From positions 1 through 23,297 of the forward strand of contig JAYWEM010000079.1 in assembly GCA_043779265.1 (NCBI GenBank): a DNA stretch of 23,297 nucleotides, in the 5' to 3' direction. The DNA is from a bacterium (GTDB taxonomy: Bacteria > Eisenbacteria > RBG-16-71-46). The notes below the pieces were generated by a model. The model was not told the DNA's origin. It saw only the letters and a list, made by a program, of their open reading frames with translations, and made no database searches. The position numbers were made by a program, and so were the translations under genes. This document shows positions 8,001-17,920 of the stretch, in pieces (position 1 is the first letter of the stretch; each line of letters begins with the position of its first letter).

Positions 8001-9404
8001 GTGCGCGCGTACCTCCGCTTGTTCGCCGCAGTGGATGGCTCGCCCATCTCGGTGAACCCGGTGGCGGTGAATCTCACGTCGACCTCCCCCAACCCGAGGC
8101 AAGTGGCTGTGGTCGCGTGCGCCACTGGGGAATCCATCGTCGCATGGACGAGCGAGGGCACCGGGGGCAGCCTCCGGGCCCAGCGCCTGACCGCCTCGGG
8201 CAGCATCCGGTGGAACTCGGGTGGCATCGCTGTGTGTGCCCATCCGAGCCAGGTCCCAGGCGGGCTGTTCGCGATATCGGATGGCAGCGATGGAATCTAC
8301 TGCGTGTACTCACGCGTCGGAAGCAGCAGTAGCTATTGGTTCGCCATGCGCGTCGAGGCCGATGGCGATCTCGCCATGCTGAGTGGCTCGCTGATCTCGG
8401 CAACGGACATCCCGGTCGATGAGGGCGGCGCACTGGCACTCACTTGTCGCGCTCCGAGCGTCGATGCCGGTGAGAACCTGCCCGAGGTGACGGGCTACAA
8501 CGTGTGGCGTCTGACAGGCGGTGCGAGCGCGAACGAGTCCCTGCGTTCCGCGCCGGTTTCGAACGAGGACGCACTCGCGGCACTCGAGCGCTCGCTCCGA
8601 TCGACCACGCGGCTCACGGCAGCCCAGGCGCAGCGGCTGCGCTTTCCCCCCGGCTCGTGGGAGTCGCTCGGCTTCCACGCCGCCGTGCTCGACTCGCAGT
8701 ATCGATTCATCGTGGCCACGCGCAACGACAGCGGCCCCTTGATCCCGAACGCCGATGAGACCTTCGTCGTCACGGCGCACACGAGCTCGCCCTCGAACTT
8801 CGGGATCTCGAACGCGATCCCGGGCCACTCGCGCGACAACCTCGCTCCCGCGGCGCCGCAGCAGCTGACCGGCGCACTGGCCGCGGGCTCTCTGCGTCTG
8901 GACTGGGCCGCGAACGGCGAAGCGGATCTCTCCGGCTATCGCATCTATCGAGGGACGACCGCGGGCTTCATTCCCTCGCCCGCCAACCTGCGCGGCTCTG
9001 CGAGCCTGCCGAGCCATGACGACGGCGCGTTCGTCTCCGGCAGTTGGTACCAGGTGTCCGCCATCGACCGGCACGGCAACGAGTCGGCCGTCGCGACGCT
9101 GTCGCCAAGCGCTGTGACCGATGCCGGGAGTCCGCCGGCCCATGTCGACTTCCTGCGCATGCCTTCGGCCAATCCCGTCCGAGGCGAACTCGCCGTCGAG
9201 TTCGGCCTCAGGTCGGCAGGCGACGCGCGCGTGACACTGCTCGATGCGCAGGGCCGCGTCGTGGCCCTGCTCGCCGACGGCGCGTTCGAGGCGGGCCCGC
9301 ATCGCCTGTCGCTCGCAGGGCGGAGCACGCATGCCGGACTCTACTTCGTGCGGATCGAGGCGAACGGCTTCGTGGCCGCCCGCAAGGTGGTGCTCGCCGA
9401 CTGA
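8001..9404 (+). pseudogene. C-terminal part of the interrupted secreted protein, with FN3-like and FlgD-Ig/T9SS-like C-terminal domains
   Basis: No signal peptide; the same repeat type continues (SIVAW...LRAQRLTASGSIRW; ISDGSDGIY); DNLAPAAP...DLSGYRIYRG...VSAIDRHGNES; tail NPVRG...LLDAQGRVV...AGLYFVRI...KVVL. Confidence 0.75.
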
Positions 9405-9493
9405 CGCTGGTCCACGCGCGCCGGCGTGTGAGGCATGCACCGCATGCCCGGGGGTCCCGAGTCGCTCCCGGATCGGCATCACCCTCTCGAATT

Positions 9494-9519
9494 CGGAGGC
9501 GCCCCATCGGGCGCCTCCG
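9494..9519. terminator. GC-rich hairpin between convergent genes
   Basis: CGGAGGCGCCC-CATC-GGGCGCCTCCG, 11-bp perfect stem; no clear U-tract. Confidence 0.5.
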
Positions 9520-9541
9520 TGCCGAGACGACTTCGATGTGC

Positions 9542-12500
9542 TCAGGCCGGATCGAGTTCCACTGGCTTCGACCGTCGCTCGCCGTAGCGCAAGAACAGCA
9601 CCGGAACCAGAACCATGTTGAGGAAGGTCGAGGTCACGAGACCTCCGAGGATCACCTGCCCCATGGGACTCTGGATCTCATTGCCGGGCTTGCCTCCCGC
9701 GATCACCAGCGGGATCAACGCGAGACCGGCGGCGAGGGCGGTCATGAGCACTGGCGCCAATCGTTCCTGCGATCCGCGACGGACCGCTTCCTCGATCGGC
9801 AGCCCCTCCTCACGCATCAGGTGCTGGTAGTGCGACACCAGCAGAACTCCATTGCGCGTGGCGATGCCGAACAGCGTGATGAATCCCACCATCGCCGCGA
9901 TGCTCAGCCCGCTGCCGCCCAGCAGGATCGCGAACACGCCGCCGATCACGGCGAGCGGCAGGTTGACCAGCACGATGGTCGCGTGTCGATGACGCCGGAA
10001 CGCCACGAACAGCAGCCCGTACATGGCCACCAGGATGAAGAGCGAGACCATGGCGAGATTGCGTACGCTGGAGGCCGCCTCTTCGAACTGGCCACCGTAG
10101 ACGATGCGGTAGCCGGTCGGCAGCGCCACCTGCGAGTCGATCCGCCGCGCCGCCTCTTCGACGGTGCCAGCCAGGTCGGCCCCGGCGACGTTTGCCGTGA
10201 GCATGGCCATCCGCTGCACATTCTCGCGACGGATGAGGCTCGGCCCCAGGTCGAATCGCACACGGGCCACTTCGGCCAGCGGAATGACGCGCCCGCTGGG
10301 AGTCGTCACCGGCAACCCCTCGATCCGATCGCGGTCCTGCCGGAGTTCCTCGGAGTAACGGACCACGACACGCGAGACGACCCCACCCTCGACGATCTGA
10401 CCGGCCTCCGAGCCCTGGAACAGGGCTTCGACGGTGCGGGCGAGCGACGCTGCGGTGACGCCATGTCGTGCCATCGCGGGTCGATCGAAATCGATCAGCA
10501 ACTGCGGCACGCTGGCCTGCTCCTGATTGCCCAAGTCGACGATGCCCGGCACGTCGGAGAGCACCTTCTGGGCCGACCCGGCCAGGCCGCGCAGCACCGA
10601 GAGGTCCGGACCGAAGATCTTGACCGCCAGATTCGACTTGCTGCCCGAGATCATGTGGTCGATGCGGTGGCTGATGGGCTGGCCGAAGCTCACCTGAGCG
10701 CCGGGGATCGTGGCGACCGAGCGTCGCATCTCCTCGAGCAGGCGTTCCTTGGGACGCCCGGGACGCAGCACGACCTCCATCTCGGAGGCGTTCACGCCCT
10801 GTACGTGTTCATCCTTCTCGGCTCGTCCCGTTCGGCGGCTGGTGGAGACCACCTCGGGGAACGCCAGGAGCGACTTCTCGACCTCGCGGCCGATGGCATC
10901 GCTCTCCTCGAGCGTGATGCCGGGGGCGCTCACGACCGAGACGGTGAGCGAACCCTCGTTGAAGGGTGGCAGGAAGCTGCGGCCGAGGAACGGCAGTGTG
11001 GCGAGCGCTCCGATGAGGAGGACCACGGTGAACGCGTAGACCCGCTTGGGATGGGCGATCGCATGGTCGAGATCGCGAACGTAGCGCTCCTTGATCTTGC
11101 GCAGCAGCCACGGTTCGCTGGACTCGACAGCCTTCGATCGCGCCAACATCAGGTAGCAGAGCACGGGCGTGATCGTCAGCGACACGAAGAACGACGCCAC
11201 GAGTGCGGTGATGTAGGCGAGTCCCAGCGGGCGCAGCAAGCGGCCTTCCATGCCCGGCAACAGGAAGAGGGGCACGAAGACGAGGACGATGATCAGCGTG
11301 GCGTAGAAGATCGCGCCGCGGACTTCGGACGACGCACCGAACACGACGTCCAGCGCTTTACGGCGCAGCTCGAGAGGTTTCAAGTGTTCGAGTCGCAGTC
11401 GCCGGAGCACGTTCTCGATGTCGATGATCGCGTCATCCACCAGCACACCGATCGCGATCGTGAGACCGCCCAGTGTCATCGTATTGATGGTGACGCCGAA
11501 GGCCGAGAACACCAGGATCCCCGCGACCAGTGAGAGCGGGATCGCGAGGGCCATGATGAAGGTGGTGCGGAGGTTCCCGAGGAAGAGGAACAGGATCGCC
11601 ACCACGAGGAAGGCGCCATCGCGCAGAGCCGCGGTGACATTGTGGACGGCCACCTCGATGAACTCGGCCTGCCGGAAGTTCTCCTTCTCGATCACCACGC
11701 CTGCGGGCAGCGTCCGGCCCAATCGTTCGAGCGCACCATCGATCTCGCGAGTGAGGCGCAGCGTGTTCGCTCCGGGCTGCTTCTGGACGCTCAGGATGAC
11801 GGACGACTGCATCCGATAGGACGCGGTCCCCCGCTTGGCCTCGGGCCCGGTCTGAACGTCGGCGATGCTGCCGACGGTGATCGGGATCCCATTGCGCGAT
11901 TCGATCACCGCCGTGGCCAGGTCTTCGGTGCCCCGGGCGCGTCCCAACCCGCGTACGAGGTACTCCTGACCCTGGTCGATGTGGAAACCGGCGGCCGGGT
12001 CGCGCGTGGCGTCATTGAGTGCCTCGACCACCTGATCGAGCGTCACGCCGACCTGCGCCAGCCGCTGCGGATCGACCTGGACCTGATACTCACGGACATC
12101 GCCGCCGATCGGCTTGACCTGCGAGATCCCCGGAATCGCGAGGAGCGCGCGCCGCATCGTGGTCTCGGCCGTGAGCCGGAGTTCCATCGGCCCGATCTCC
12201 GGTGATGAGGATGTGAGTGCGATGAACGTGATCTCGCCCATGATCGAACTGACCGGGCCGAGTTCCGGAGCATCCACAGTCGCCGGAAGCGTGACGCCCT
12301 GGACGCGCTCGGTGACGATCTGTCGCGCGCGGTAGACATCCTCTCCCCACTCGAACTCGACCCAGATCACCGAGATTCCGGCGGCTGAGACCGAGCGGAC
12401 CCGGCGTACGCCCGAGGCGCCGTTCAAGGCGGACTCGAGTGGGAACGTGACCAGTAGTTCGACCTCTTCGGGCGCCATGCCGCGCGTCTCGGTGATGACC

Positions 12501-12643
12501 GTGACGCTTGGCGCGGTGAGGTCGGGGAAGATGTCCACGGGAAGACCCGGGATGACGAACAGTCCCGCGATGAGCAGGATGGCCGACGCTGCAAGCACGA
12601 GCGCGCGGTGCTTGAGTGAGCCGGCGATGATGGAATTGAGCAT
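9542..12643 (-). CDS. CusA/CzcA-family heavy-metal efflux RND permease
   Basis: 1033 aa; PVDIFPDLT, GMAPEEVELLVTFPLE, TM4 IAIGVLVDDAIIDIEN, GIATRNG, ERLAPVLMTA; RBS GGAGG. Confidence 0.95.
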   Translation of the reverse strand: MLNSIIAGSLKHRALVLAASAILLIAGLFVIPGLPVDIFPDLTAPSVTVITETRGMAPEEVELLVTFPLESALNGASGVRRVRSVSAAGISVIWVEFEWGEDVYRARQIVTERVQGVTLPATVDAPELGPVSSIMGEITFIALTSSSPEIGPMELRLTAETTMRRALLAIPGISQVKPIGGDVREYQVQVDPQRLAQVGVTLDQVVEALNDATRDPAAGFHIDQGQEYLVRGLGRARGTEDLATAVIESRNGIPITVGSIADVQTGPEAKRGTASYRMQSSVILSVQKQPGANTLRLTREIDGALERLGRTLPAGVVIEKENFRQAEFIEVAVHNVTAALRDGAFLVVAILFLFLGNLRTTFIMALAIPLSLVAGILVFSAFGVTINTMTLGGLTIAIGVLVDDAIIDIENVLRRLRLEHLKPLELRRKALDVVFGASSEVRGAIFYATLIIVLVFVPLFLLPGMEGRLLRPLGLAYITALVASFFVSLTITPVLCYLMLARSKAVESSEPWLLRKIKERYVRDLDHAIAHPKRVYAFTVVLLIGALATLPFLGRSFLPPFNEGSLTVSVVSAPGITLEESDAIGREVEKSLLAFPEVVSTSRRTGRAEKDEHVQGVNASEMEVVLRPGRPKERLLEEMRRSVATIPGAQVSFGQPISHRIDHMISGSKSNLAVKIFGPDLSVLRGLAGSAQKVLSDVPGIVDLGNQEQASVPQLLIDFDRPAMARHGVTAASLARTVEALFQGSEAGQIVEGGVVSRVVVRYSEELRQDRDRIEGLPVTTPSGRVIPLAEVARVRFDLGPSLIRRENVQRMAMLTANVAGADLAGTVEEAARRIDSQVALPTGYRIVYGGQFEEAASSVRNLAMVSLFILVAMYGLLFVAFRRHRHATIVLVNLPLAVIGGVFAILLGGSGLSIAAMVGFITLFGIATRNGVLLVSHYQHLMREEGLPIEEAVRRGSQERLAPVLMTALAAGLALIPLVIAGGKPGNEIQSPMGQVILGGLVTSTFLNMVLVPVLFLRYGERRSKPVELDPA

Positions 12644-12657
12644 GGTGCCTCCGCCGA

Positions 12658-14172
12658 CTAGTGGACGTGACCTTCGACTTCACCCGAGGACATCTGTGCG
12701 GACCGACGGATCGCAGCGGCGCCCCGCGTCACGACGCGGTCGGCTGGTCCGACGCCTTCGACCAGCACGTGGTCGCCCTGTCGCCCGAGGATCCGCACCT
12801 CGCGACGAGTGAAGCTCTCGCCTTCCGGCTGGAGGTAGACGACCGGGACCCCTGCATCGTCCACGATCGCATCCGCGGGCACGACGATGCCGGCACGACG
12901 ACCCGGCAACAGCACCTCAGCCTGTACGGCAGCTCCGACGCGCAGTCCCTCGGCGCCTCGCACCTCGATGATCGCCTGCACCAGGCCCGTGGTCCGATCG
13001 ACCTCGGGCGCGCGCGAGACCAGTCGGACCGACCGTGCTCCGAAGCTGATCGGCGCCTGACCCGCACCGCTCAGGATGACGAGGCCCGCCGGAGCGCCGC
13101 TCAATGTGCCGGCGACCTCGGGCCGCAGCCCGACCTCGACCCACAGCGGGTCGGTCTGGACGAGCCGCGCCAGGCTCGCGCCCGCGACGACCGCCTCGCC
13201 CGGTGTGACCATGATCTCGGCGATGCGTCCGCCGAAGGGGGCGTTGACCCGGACGGTGCGTCCGGTGCCACCCACGGCATCCAGTTCCGCACGCAAGGTG
13301 GCAGCGCGCGCTCGAGCGCGGTCCAGTTCGGCGCGGCTCACGGCATCGGCCGTGAACAGTTCTTCGAGTCGGGCCAGTCGTTCACTCGCCAGTCGCGACT
13401 CGGACTCGATCTCGGCGAAGCTCCGACCCGATGTGGCGCGTGGACGCAACTCGACCACGGAACCACCGCGCGCCACGGCCAACCCCACGTAGAGGCGGCT
13501 CGAGGGTACGACCACGCCGTCGAGCGGCGCGGTGAGGATCGCCTCGCCTCCCGCGGCCGTGCGGATGCGGGCTGGGCCGTTCACCGACGGACTGAGGGAA
13601 CCCGCCTGCGCCCACGCGGTCGAGAATGGGATGCGCCACTGCTGCTCCTTGAGGAAGCTGATGGCCTCGCCGCCCGATCCGCCCCCCGGGACAGCGGCTG
13701 CCGCGAACGGCGGTGCCGGCGGCTCGATGAGGCCTCCCGGCTGGTCGTGCGTCCCCACCGCCACGCGGCCCGAGCGGATGTCCTCGGTGCCGGCCTTACT
13801 CTCGACGCGGAACACCAGGTCGAACGTGCCCGCCACCTGCGGCTTGATCTCGATCGAGAAGATGCCCGCGCGCAGCGCCTTGGGTTGCGTGAAGCTGACC
13901 GCCTTGCCGGTCGAGTCGATCAGCACGGCTGAGACGACGCCCTCGGTGAGCGGCGCGAATCCATCGAGGATCGTGACGTGCGTGTGCGACTTGGAGGTCT
14001 CGCCCACTGCGAGCGGGGCGGCCTCGGCGAAGATCTCGTAGCGCTCGCCCCACGACGTCACCGCCCAAGGTTCATGCTCGTCGGCGTGATTGTCCGCCTC
14101 GCGCTTGCCGCAGCTCGTTGACACGAGTGCGAGCGCCACCAGGGCGCCCATCATCCAGTCGGTCCGGCTCAT
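12658..14172 (-). CDS. RND periplasmic adaptor (MFP), probable lipoprotein
   Basis: Lipobox-like STSC, ISFLKEQQW, APFGGRI lipoyl half-motif, C-terminal GHVH; lies between the TolC-family and RND genes. Confidence 0.9.
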   Translation of the reverse strand: MSRTDWMMGALVALALVSTSCGKREADNHADEHEPWAVTSWGERYEIFAEAAPLAVGETSKSHTHVTILDGFAPLTEGVVSAVLIDSTGKAVSFTQPKALRAGIFSIEIKPQVAGTFDLVFRVESKAGTEDIRSGRVAVGTHDQPGGLIEPPAPPFAAAAVPGGGSGGEAISFLKEQQWRIPFSTAWAQAGSLSPSVNGPARIRTAAGGEAILTAPLDGVVVPSSRLYVGLAVARGGSVVELRPRATSGRSFAEIESESRLASERLARLEELFTADAVSRAELDRARARAATLRAELDAVGGTGRTVRVNAPFGGRIAEIMVTPGEAVVAGASLARLVQTDPLWVEVGLRPEVAGTLSGAPAGLVILSGAGQAPISFGARSVRLVSRAPEVDRTTGLVQAIIEVRGAEGLRVGAAVQAEVLLPGRRAGIVVPADAIVDDAGVPVVYLQPEGESFTRREVRILGRQGDHVLVEGVGPADRVVTRGAAAIRRSAQMSSGEVEGHVH

Positions 14173-15377
14173 CGATTGTCTCCTTCATCCAGAGGTAGTG
14201 GCCGTCCGGCAGCGACCTCGAGTTCGCGGTGGGCGGCAAGGGCGGCTCGGTAGGATTCGAGCACCGCGATCTGACCGCCGAGTACGCCACGCAGGGTTTC
14301 CAGTAGATCCGTCACGTCACTCTCCCCGGCCTCGAACATCGCCGCGGCACTCGCGAGCACCCGCTCGACGACCGGCTCGGCCTCCGAGGCCAGTCGAGCG
14401 GATTCGCGCAGCGCCGCGTAGGCGGTGAGCGCCGCTGCGAACTCCTCGCGCATCCGTCTCGCGTCCAGCGCTTGGCGTGCACGCGACGCGGCGAGCCGGG
14501 CACGCGACTCCAGCCGATCGCCTTGACGCCGATCGAAGAGGGGCAGCCCCCAGCGAACGCCATAGGTCAGCCCGTCGATGTCACCCAGGTCGTCGCGCAC
14601 GCTCTGTTGTCCGATCGAGAGTTCCGGCAGTGCCCAGAAGCGGCCCGCGAGGCTGGCCGTGGCCTCGGCCTGACGCACGTCGTGCCCGAGTGCCGCGATG
14701 CGCGGCGAGCTGGCCCACAGCGACGTGTCGGTGGGCGTGAGCGGAAGTGGCGGTCGCGCCGGCAACGCATCCGCCGCGAGCCCCGGCATCCAGGCACGCA
14801 CGCGACCTCGGGCATGTGCGAGGTCGGCTGTCAGGCGGGCCGCCTCCGATCTCGCCTCCAGCTGCGCGAGCAGCAGGCGGCGCGATGCCAGAAGCGAGGC
14901 TTCGCCCTTCGAGGCTTGCGCTGCTGCCCGGCGCGCCAGTCGATCGACCATGCCCGCGAGCCGAACCCCGATCGCCGCCCCATCCATTGCCAGCGCCCAG
15001 TTCGCGTAAGCCTCGCGCAACTCGGCTCGCAGCGAGACGCTCGACTGGGTGTGACGGCTCTCGGCCGCCTTCAGCCCCTCGCGGCCCGCGCGGTCCTGGG
15101 CCCAGTGGCGGCCGTCCAGTGGCGGCGCCCACGACAGGCTCCAGGTGTCCTGCCGAGGCGCACCGTCCGGCGCCTCGCGATCGAACGAGCCCTCGGGGTT
15201 CGTGAGGGTGCTCGCCCGAGCGCGCTCGGCGCGCGCGATGCCGAGTGGTTCATCGAGCACGGCGCGAACGTGCTGGTCGCGCAGTGCCGACTCGAGAAAC
15301 GACTTCTCCGATACGACGCCCGACGGCGCATCGCGCGCACTGAGCGCGGCCAGCGCCAACAGCACTCCCAGAACCAT
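14169..15377 (-). CDS. TolC/CzcC-family outer membrane efflux protein
   Basis: GGAGG RBS before ATG 15377; LTNPEG, LPLFDRRQG and FEAGESDVTDLLE motifs; ATGA overlap with the MFP gene. Confidence 0.9.
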   Translation of the reverse strand: MVLGVLLALAALSARDAPSGVVSEKSFLESALRDQHVRAVLDEPLGIARAERARASTLTNPEGSFDREAPDGAPRQDTWSLSWAPPLDGRHWAQDRAGREGLKAAESRHTQSSVSLRAELREAYANWALAMDGAAIGVRLAGMVDRLARRAAAQASKGEASLLASRRLLLAQLEARSEAARLTADLAHARGRVRAWMPGLAADALPARPPLPLTPTDTSLWASSPRIAALGHDVRQAEATASLAGRFWALPELSIGQQSVRDDLGDIDGLTYGVRWGLPLFDRRQGDRLESRARLAASRARQALDARRMREEFAAALTAYAALRESARLASEAEPVVERVLASAAAMFEAGESDVTDLLETLRGVLGGQIAVLESYRAALAAHRELEVAAGRPLPLDEGDNR

Positions 15378-15444
15378 GGATCCTCCCGCAGAGATCGAGC
15401 ACCACCCCATGCCATTCGAACACTCGTGGCGTGTGACGGCTCGC

Positions 15445-15825
15445 TCAGATGCGGAGGATCGAGTGCCTCGCGGGTGCGACCCGGTGCTGGCGGTGCGGAG
15501 GCGGCGTGGAGTGCCGCAGCGAATACCCGTCCGGGATGGTGGTCGCGTACCGCAGGACAGCCGACAGCGGCTGCAGCGTGAGGGAGGCGTCCACCGTTCT
15601 CGCCGGCTGGTGGCTCGCGAGCGTCAACTCGTGCGAGTGGTCCTCGCCGTGCGAGGCATCCTCGTGGTGATGCTCCCCGCCGGATTCGTCACCGTGATGG
15701 TCGTGCGCGGCCACCGTGACGTGATCCAGTGCGACGTGCGCGATGACAAGCCCCGAAGCCGCGTGCCCCGACATCAGGGCAACGAGGAGCATGGCCGGGG
15801 CGAGTGCACGCAGGACGGAGAACAT
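15445..15825 (-). CDS. Small His-rich exported protein heading the efflux operon (CzcI-like position)
   Basis: Hydrophobic N-terminus, HDHHGDESGGEHHHEDASHGEDHSHE tract, Pro-rich end ...HSILRI. Start could be 15825 or 15843. Confidence 0.7.
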   Translation of the reverse strand: MFSVLRALAPAMLLVALMSGHAASGLVIAHVALDHVTVAAHDHHGDESGGEHHHEDASHGEDHSHELTLASHQPARTVDASLTLQPLSAVLRYATTIPDGYSLRHSTPPPHRQHRVAPARHSILRI

Positions 15826-15878
15826 GGGAGCGCACGCTGTCATGCTGAGCGACGTGCTGTCAATCGCGTCGTCGACCC

Positions 15879-16574
15879 CTACGTTCGCCCGAAGAACAGC
15901 CAGTCGGTGAAGCTCTCCCCCACGTGCCGGTTGAAGTAGGTGACCGGGCGCACCTCGACCGTGCGAAAGACGCTGCACATCGCGTCCTTGAAGGGAGAAC
16001 TCTCGGCATACGACCACACGCCCAGGATGCCGCCTGGCGCCAGATGCTCGCAGACCTCGCGTAAGCCCGGCACGGTGTAGAAGGAGGAACCGGCTTCGCC
16101 GAGAGCCGCGTCGGGGGAATGATCGACGTCGATGAGGATCAAGTCGTGCCGGGCGACCGCGGGCGCCGCAAGTTGCGCGTAGATGTCGCCCGGTCGCAGG
16201 TGCGTTCGCGGATCGCTCTTTAGAGAGCCGGCGAGTGGGATCAGGCCGTCGTCGAGCCAGCGGATCACCTCGGGCAGGAGTTCGACCACTTCGACGCGCG
16301 CGACGCGAGGCGACGCCAACGCCGCCTGCGCGGTGTAGCCCAACCCGAGGCCTCCGACCAGCACGCTGAGCCGGTCTCCCTGGTGCATCTCGAGCGCGAT
16401 CGAGGCGAGCGCCTCTTCAGAAGCCGTGTGCAGGCTGCTCATCAAGAACTCGTGGTCGAGGGTGACCTCGGTGACGATGACGCCCGGCTCCGACAGCATC
16501 TCGCGCCGCCTGAGGCACAGCGTGCCGAGCGGCGAGTCCTCGAGGGCCAGTATCTCGAACACGGGCTTCGTCAT
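15879..16574 (-). CDS. Spermidine-synthase-like SAM-dependent transferase
   Basis: VLVGGLGLGYT glycine loop, VVELLPEVI and LILIDVDHSP; purine-rich RBS before ATG 16574. Confidence 0.85.
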   Translation of the reverse strand: MTKPVFEILALEDSPLGTLCLRRREMLSEPGVIVTEVTLDHEFLMSSLHTASEEALASIALEMHQGDRLSVLVGGLGLGYTAQAALASPRVARVEVVELLPEVIRWLDDGLIPLAGSLKSDPRTHLRPGDIYAQLAAPAVARHDLILIDVDHSPDAALGEAGSSFYTVPGLREVCEHLAPGGILGVWSYAESSPFKDAMCSVFRTVEVRPVTYFNRHVGESFTDWLFFGRT

Positions 16575-16711
16575 GTCCCCCTTCTCCCCTTCCCTCTGGA
16601 TCCCAGCGGTTCCGAAAAGCGAGTCCGTCGAACTGCTCGGCCGAGCACCTCGAGGAGGCGGAGCGATGGGCATGCGCGGAGCACAGGAACACGACGGCCG
16701 GTCCCGCCGGC

Positions 16712-17449
16712 TCACCGATAGAAGACTTTGATCGCCCCCCCCGTGCCCTTGCGCGCCGTGGTCGGCTGGCTGTGGCACATCTCGAAGCGGTAGGTGCCCG
16801 TCGTGCTGCCCGAGCGGCCCGCGAATGGCCCGGTCTGCGAACCGATGAAATCGATGCGGTAGTGGATGTCGAAGAAACTGTCCACCTCCCACCCACCTGC
16901 CGCCTGGGTGAAGATGGTGTTCCCCGGGCTCGCCATGCCGAAGTTCGTGTCGGCGGTGATGCGCAGCAGATCGAAGTCGGGGTCCCCGAACGGCAACTGG
17001 CCCTGAAGCGAGTTCAAGTCGGTGGCGAACGACTGGGTCGGCGCGAATGGCGTGCGTGACGCCGAGTGCGAGGTGCCCGCCGAGATCGGCATCACGAGAT
17101 TGCGGTTGTAGCCGAGCAGTGCGCCCGTGCCCGACAGCTGCATCGGCATCGAGGCCGTCCAGGTCTCGGAGTTGCCGCCAAGGGCGCCGCCCGGAACCTG
17201 CACGAGCCCCGCGAACGACAGCAGTTGGGTCGCGATGTCGATCGTGGCGCCGACCGGGAGCCCGTTCACGATCTGCGTCTGGCCCTGGTAACCGCCTGAA
17301 CAGGCCGGCGGATGGTCAGCCGTGCCGGTGCCATTGTCCGGCATGATGCAGCAGGAGACGGGCACGGCATTCGCCGTGCCGAGGTGCCCGAGGGGCCCGA
17401 GGGCCGCGCATGCAAGGAGCAAAGCGATGAGTCGTGTGGCGATGCGCAT
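16712..17449 (-). CDS. Hypothetical secreted beta-rich protein with a TWG-like C-terminal tail
   Basis: GGAG RBS, signal peptide MRIATRLIALLLACAAL, core DPDFDLLRI...VDSFFDI, end PTTARKGTGGAIKVFYR. Confidence 0.85.
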   Translation of the reverse strand: MRIATRLIALLLACAALGPLGHLGTANAVPVSCCIMPDNGTGTADHPPACSGGYQGQTQIVNGLPVGATIDIATQLLSFAGLVQVPGGALGGNSETWTASMPMQLSGTGALLGYNRNLVMPISAGTSHSASRTPFAPTQSFATDLNSLQGQLPFGDPDFDLLRITADTNFGMASPGNTIFTQAAGGWEVDSFFDIHYRIDFIGSQTGPFAGRSGSTTGTYRFEMCHSQPTTARKGTGGAIKVFYR

Positions 17450-17654
17450 GGCAGTCTCCAGAAGAGGAATTGGAATGGCGTCGCCGACGGGCGAGACGCG
17501 AGGGTGGTTCGGTGTGATGTGGCTCGGGCGCGCTTGCGCCCAAGGTTCCCAATAGGAAGCGTAGCAGCAGCGCGGAGCGGGAGACCAAAGGCATCTGCGT
17601 GGGTGTGCGCGGCGTCCTCTCCCGTCCCACTCCGCCCATTTCCGGTCAATCGGC

Positions 17655-17684
17655 GAGGGTGCTCCGGAAGTCCGGAACACCCTC
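17655..17684 (-). terminator. Hairpin just downstream of the duplicated tRNA 3' end
   Basis: On the minus strand GAGGGTGTTCCGG-ACTT-CCGGAGCACCCTC, 13-bp stem with one G:U pair; no U-tract. Confidence 0.5.
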
Positions 17685-17720
17685 AGGCTGACGCGACTGC
17701 GGTGATGATCGAGGCGAATC

Positions 17721-17755
17721 AGGTGGTGGCCCCGACTGGAGTCGAACCAGTGGCA
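17721..17755 (-). repeat. att site: 35-bp direct repeat of the tRNA-Arg 3' end
   Basis: AGGTGGTGGCCCCGACTGGAGTCGAACCAGTGGCA is identical at 17721-17755 and 22532-22566; it covers the T arm, 3' acceptor strand, CCA and 3 nt beyond. Confidence 0.95.
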
Positions 17756-17920
17756 GGAAGCCCTGCTCGAACAGGTGTTGAACGGAGTAACGAAGGCATG
17801 CTGGCGTTGCCACGCTCGATCGGCGCGGAATGATTCGGATGGAGATGGCGGCGCTGTACACTTGTCGGCGCCAATCCAATCGATAACTTGTGCCCCTCCC
17901 ACCCTCCTCATGGAGTTCCC

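Noticed and set aside
7733..8010. Group I or II intron explanation for the insert (GTGCG at 8001)
   Set aside because: No recognisable domain V or group I core; the insert is mostly filled by a small ORF, and GTGCG lies at the wrong end.
9044..15939. Long + strand ORFs opposite the efflux operon (e.g. 9044-11533, 12661-13932, 14472-15581)
   Set aside because: High-GC antisense artefacts of clearly recognisable minus-strand genes.
17721..17800. Second tRNA gene
   Set aside because: Only the 3' 32 nt match; D and anticodon arms are absent, so it is an att remnant.
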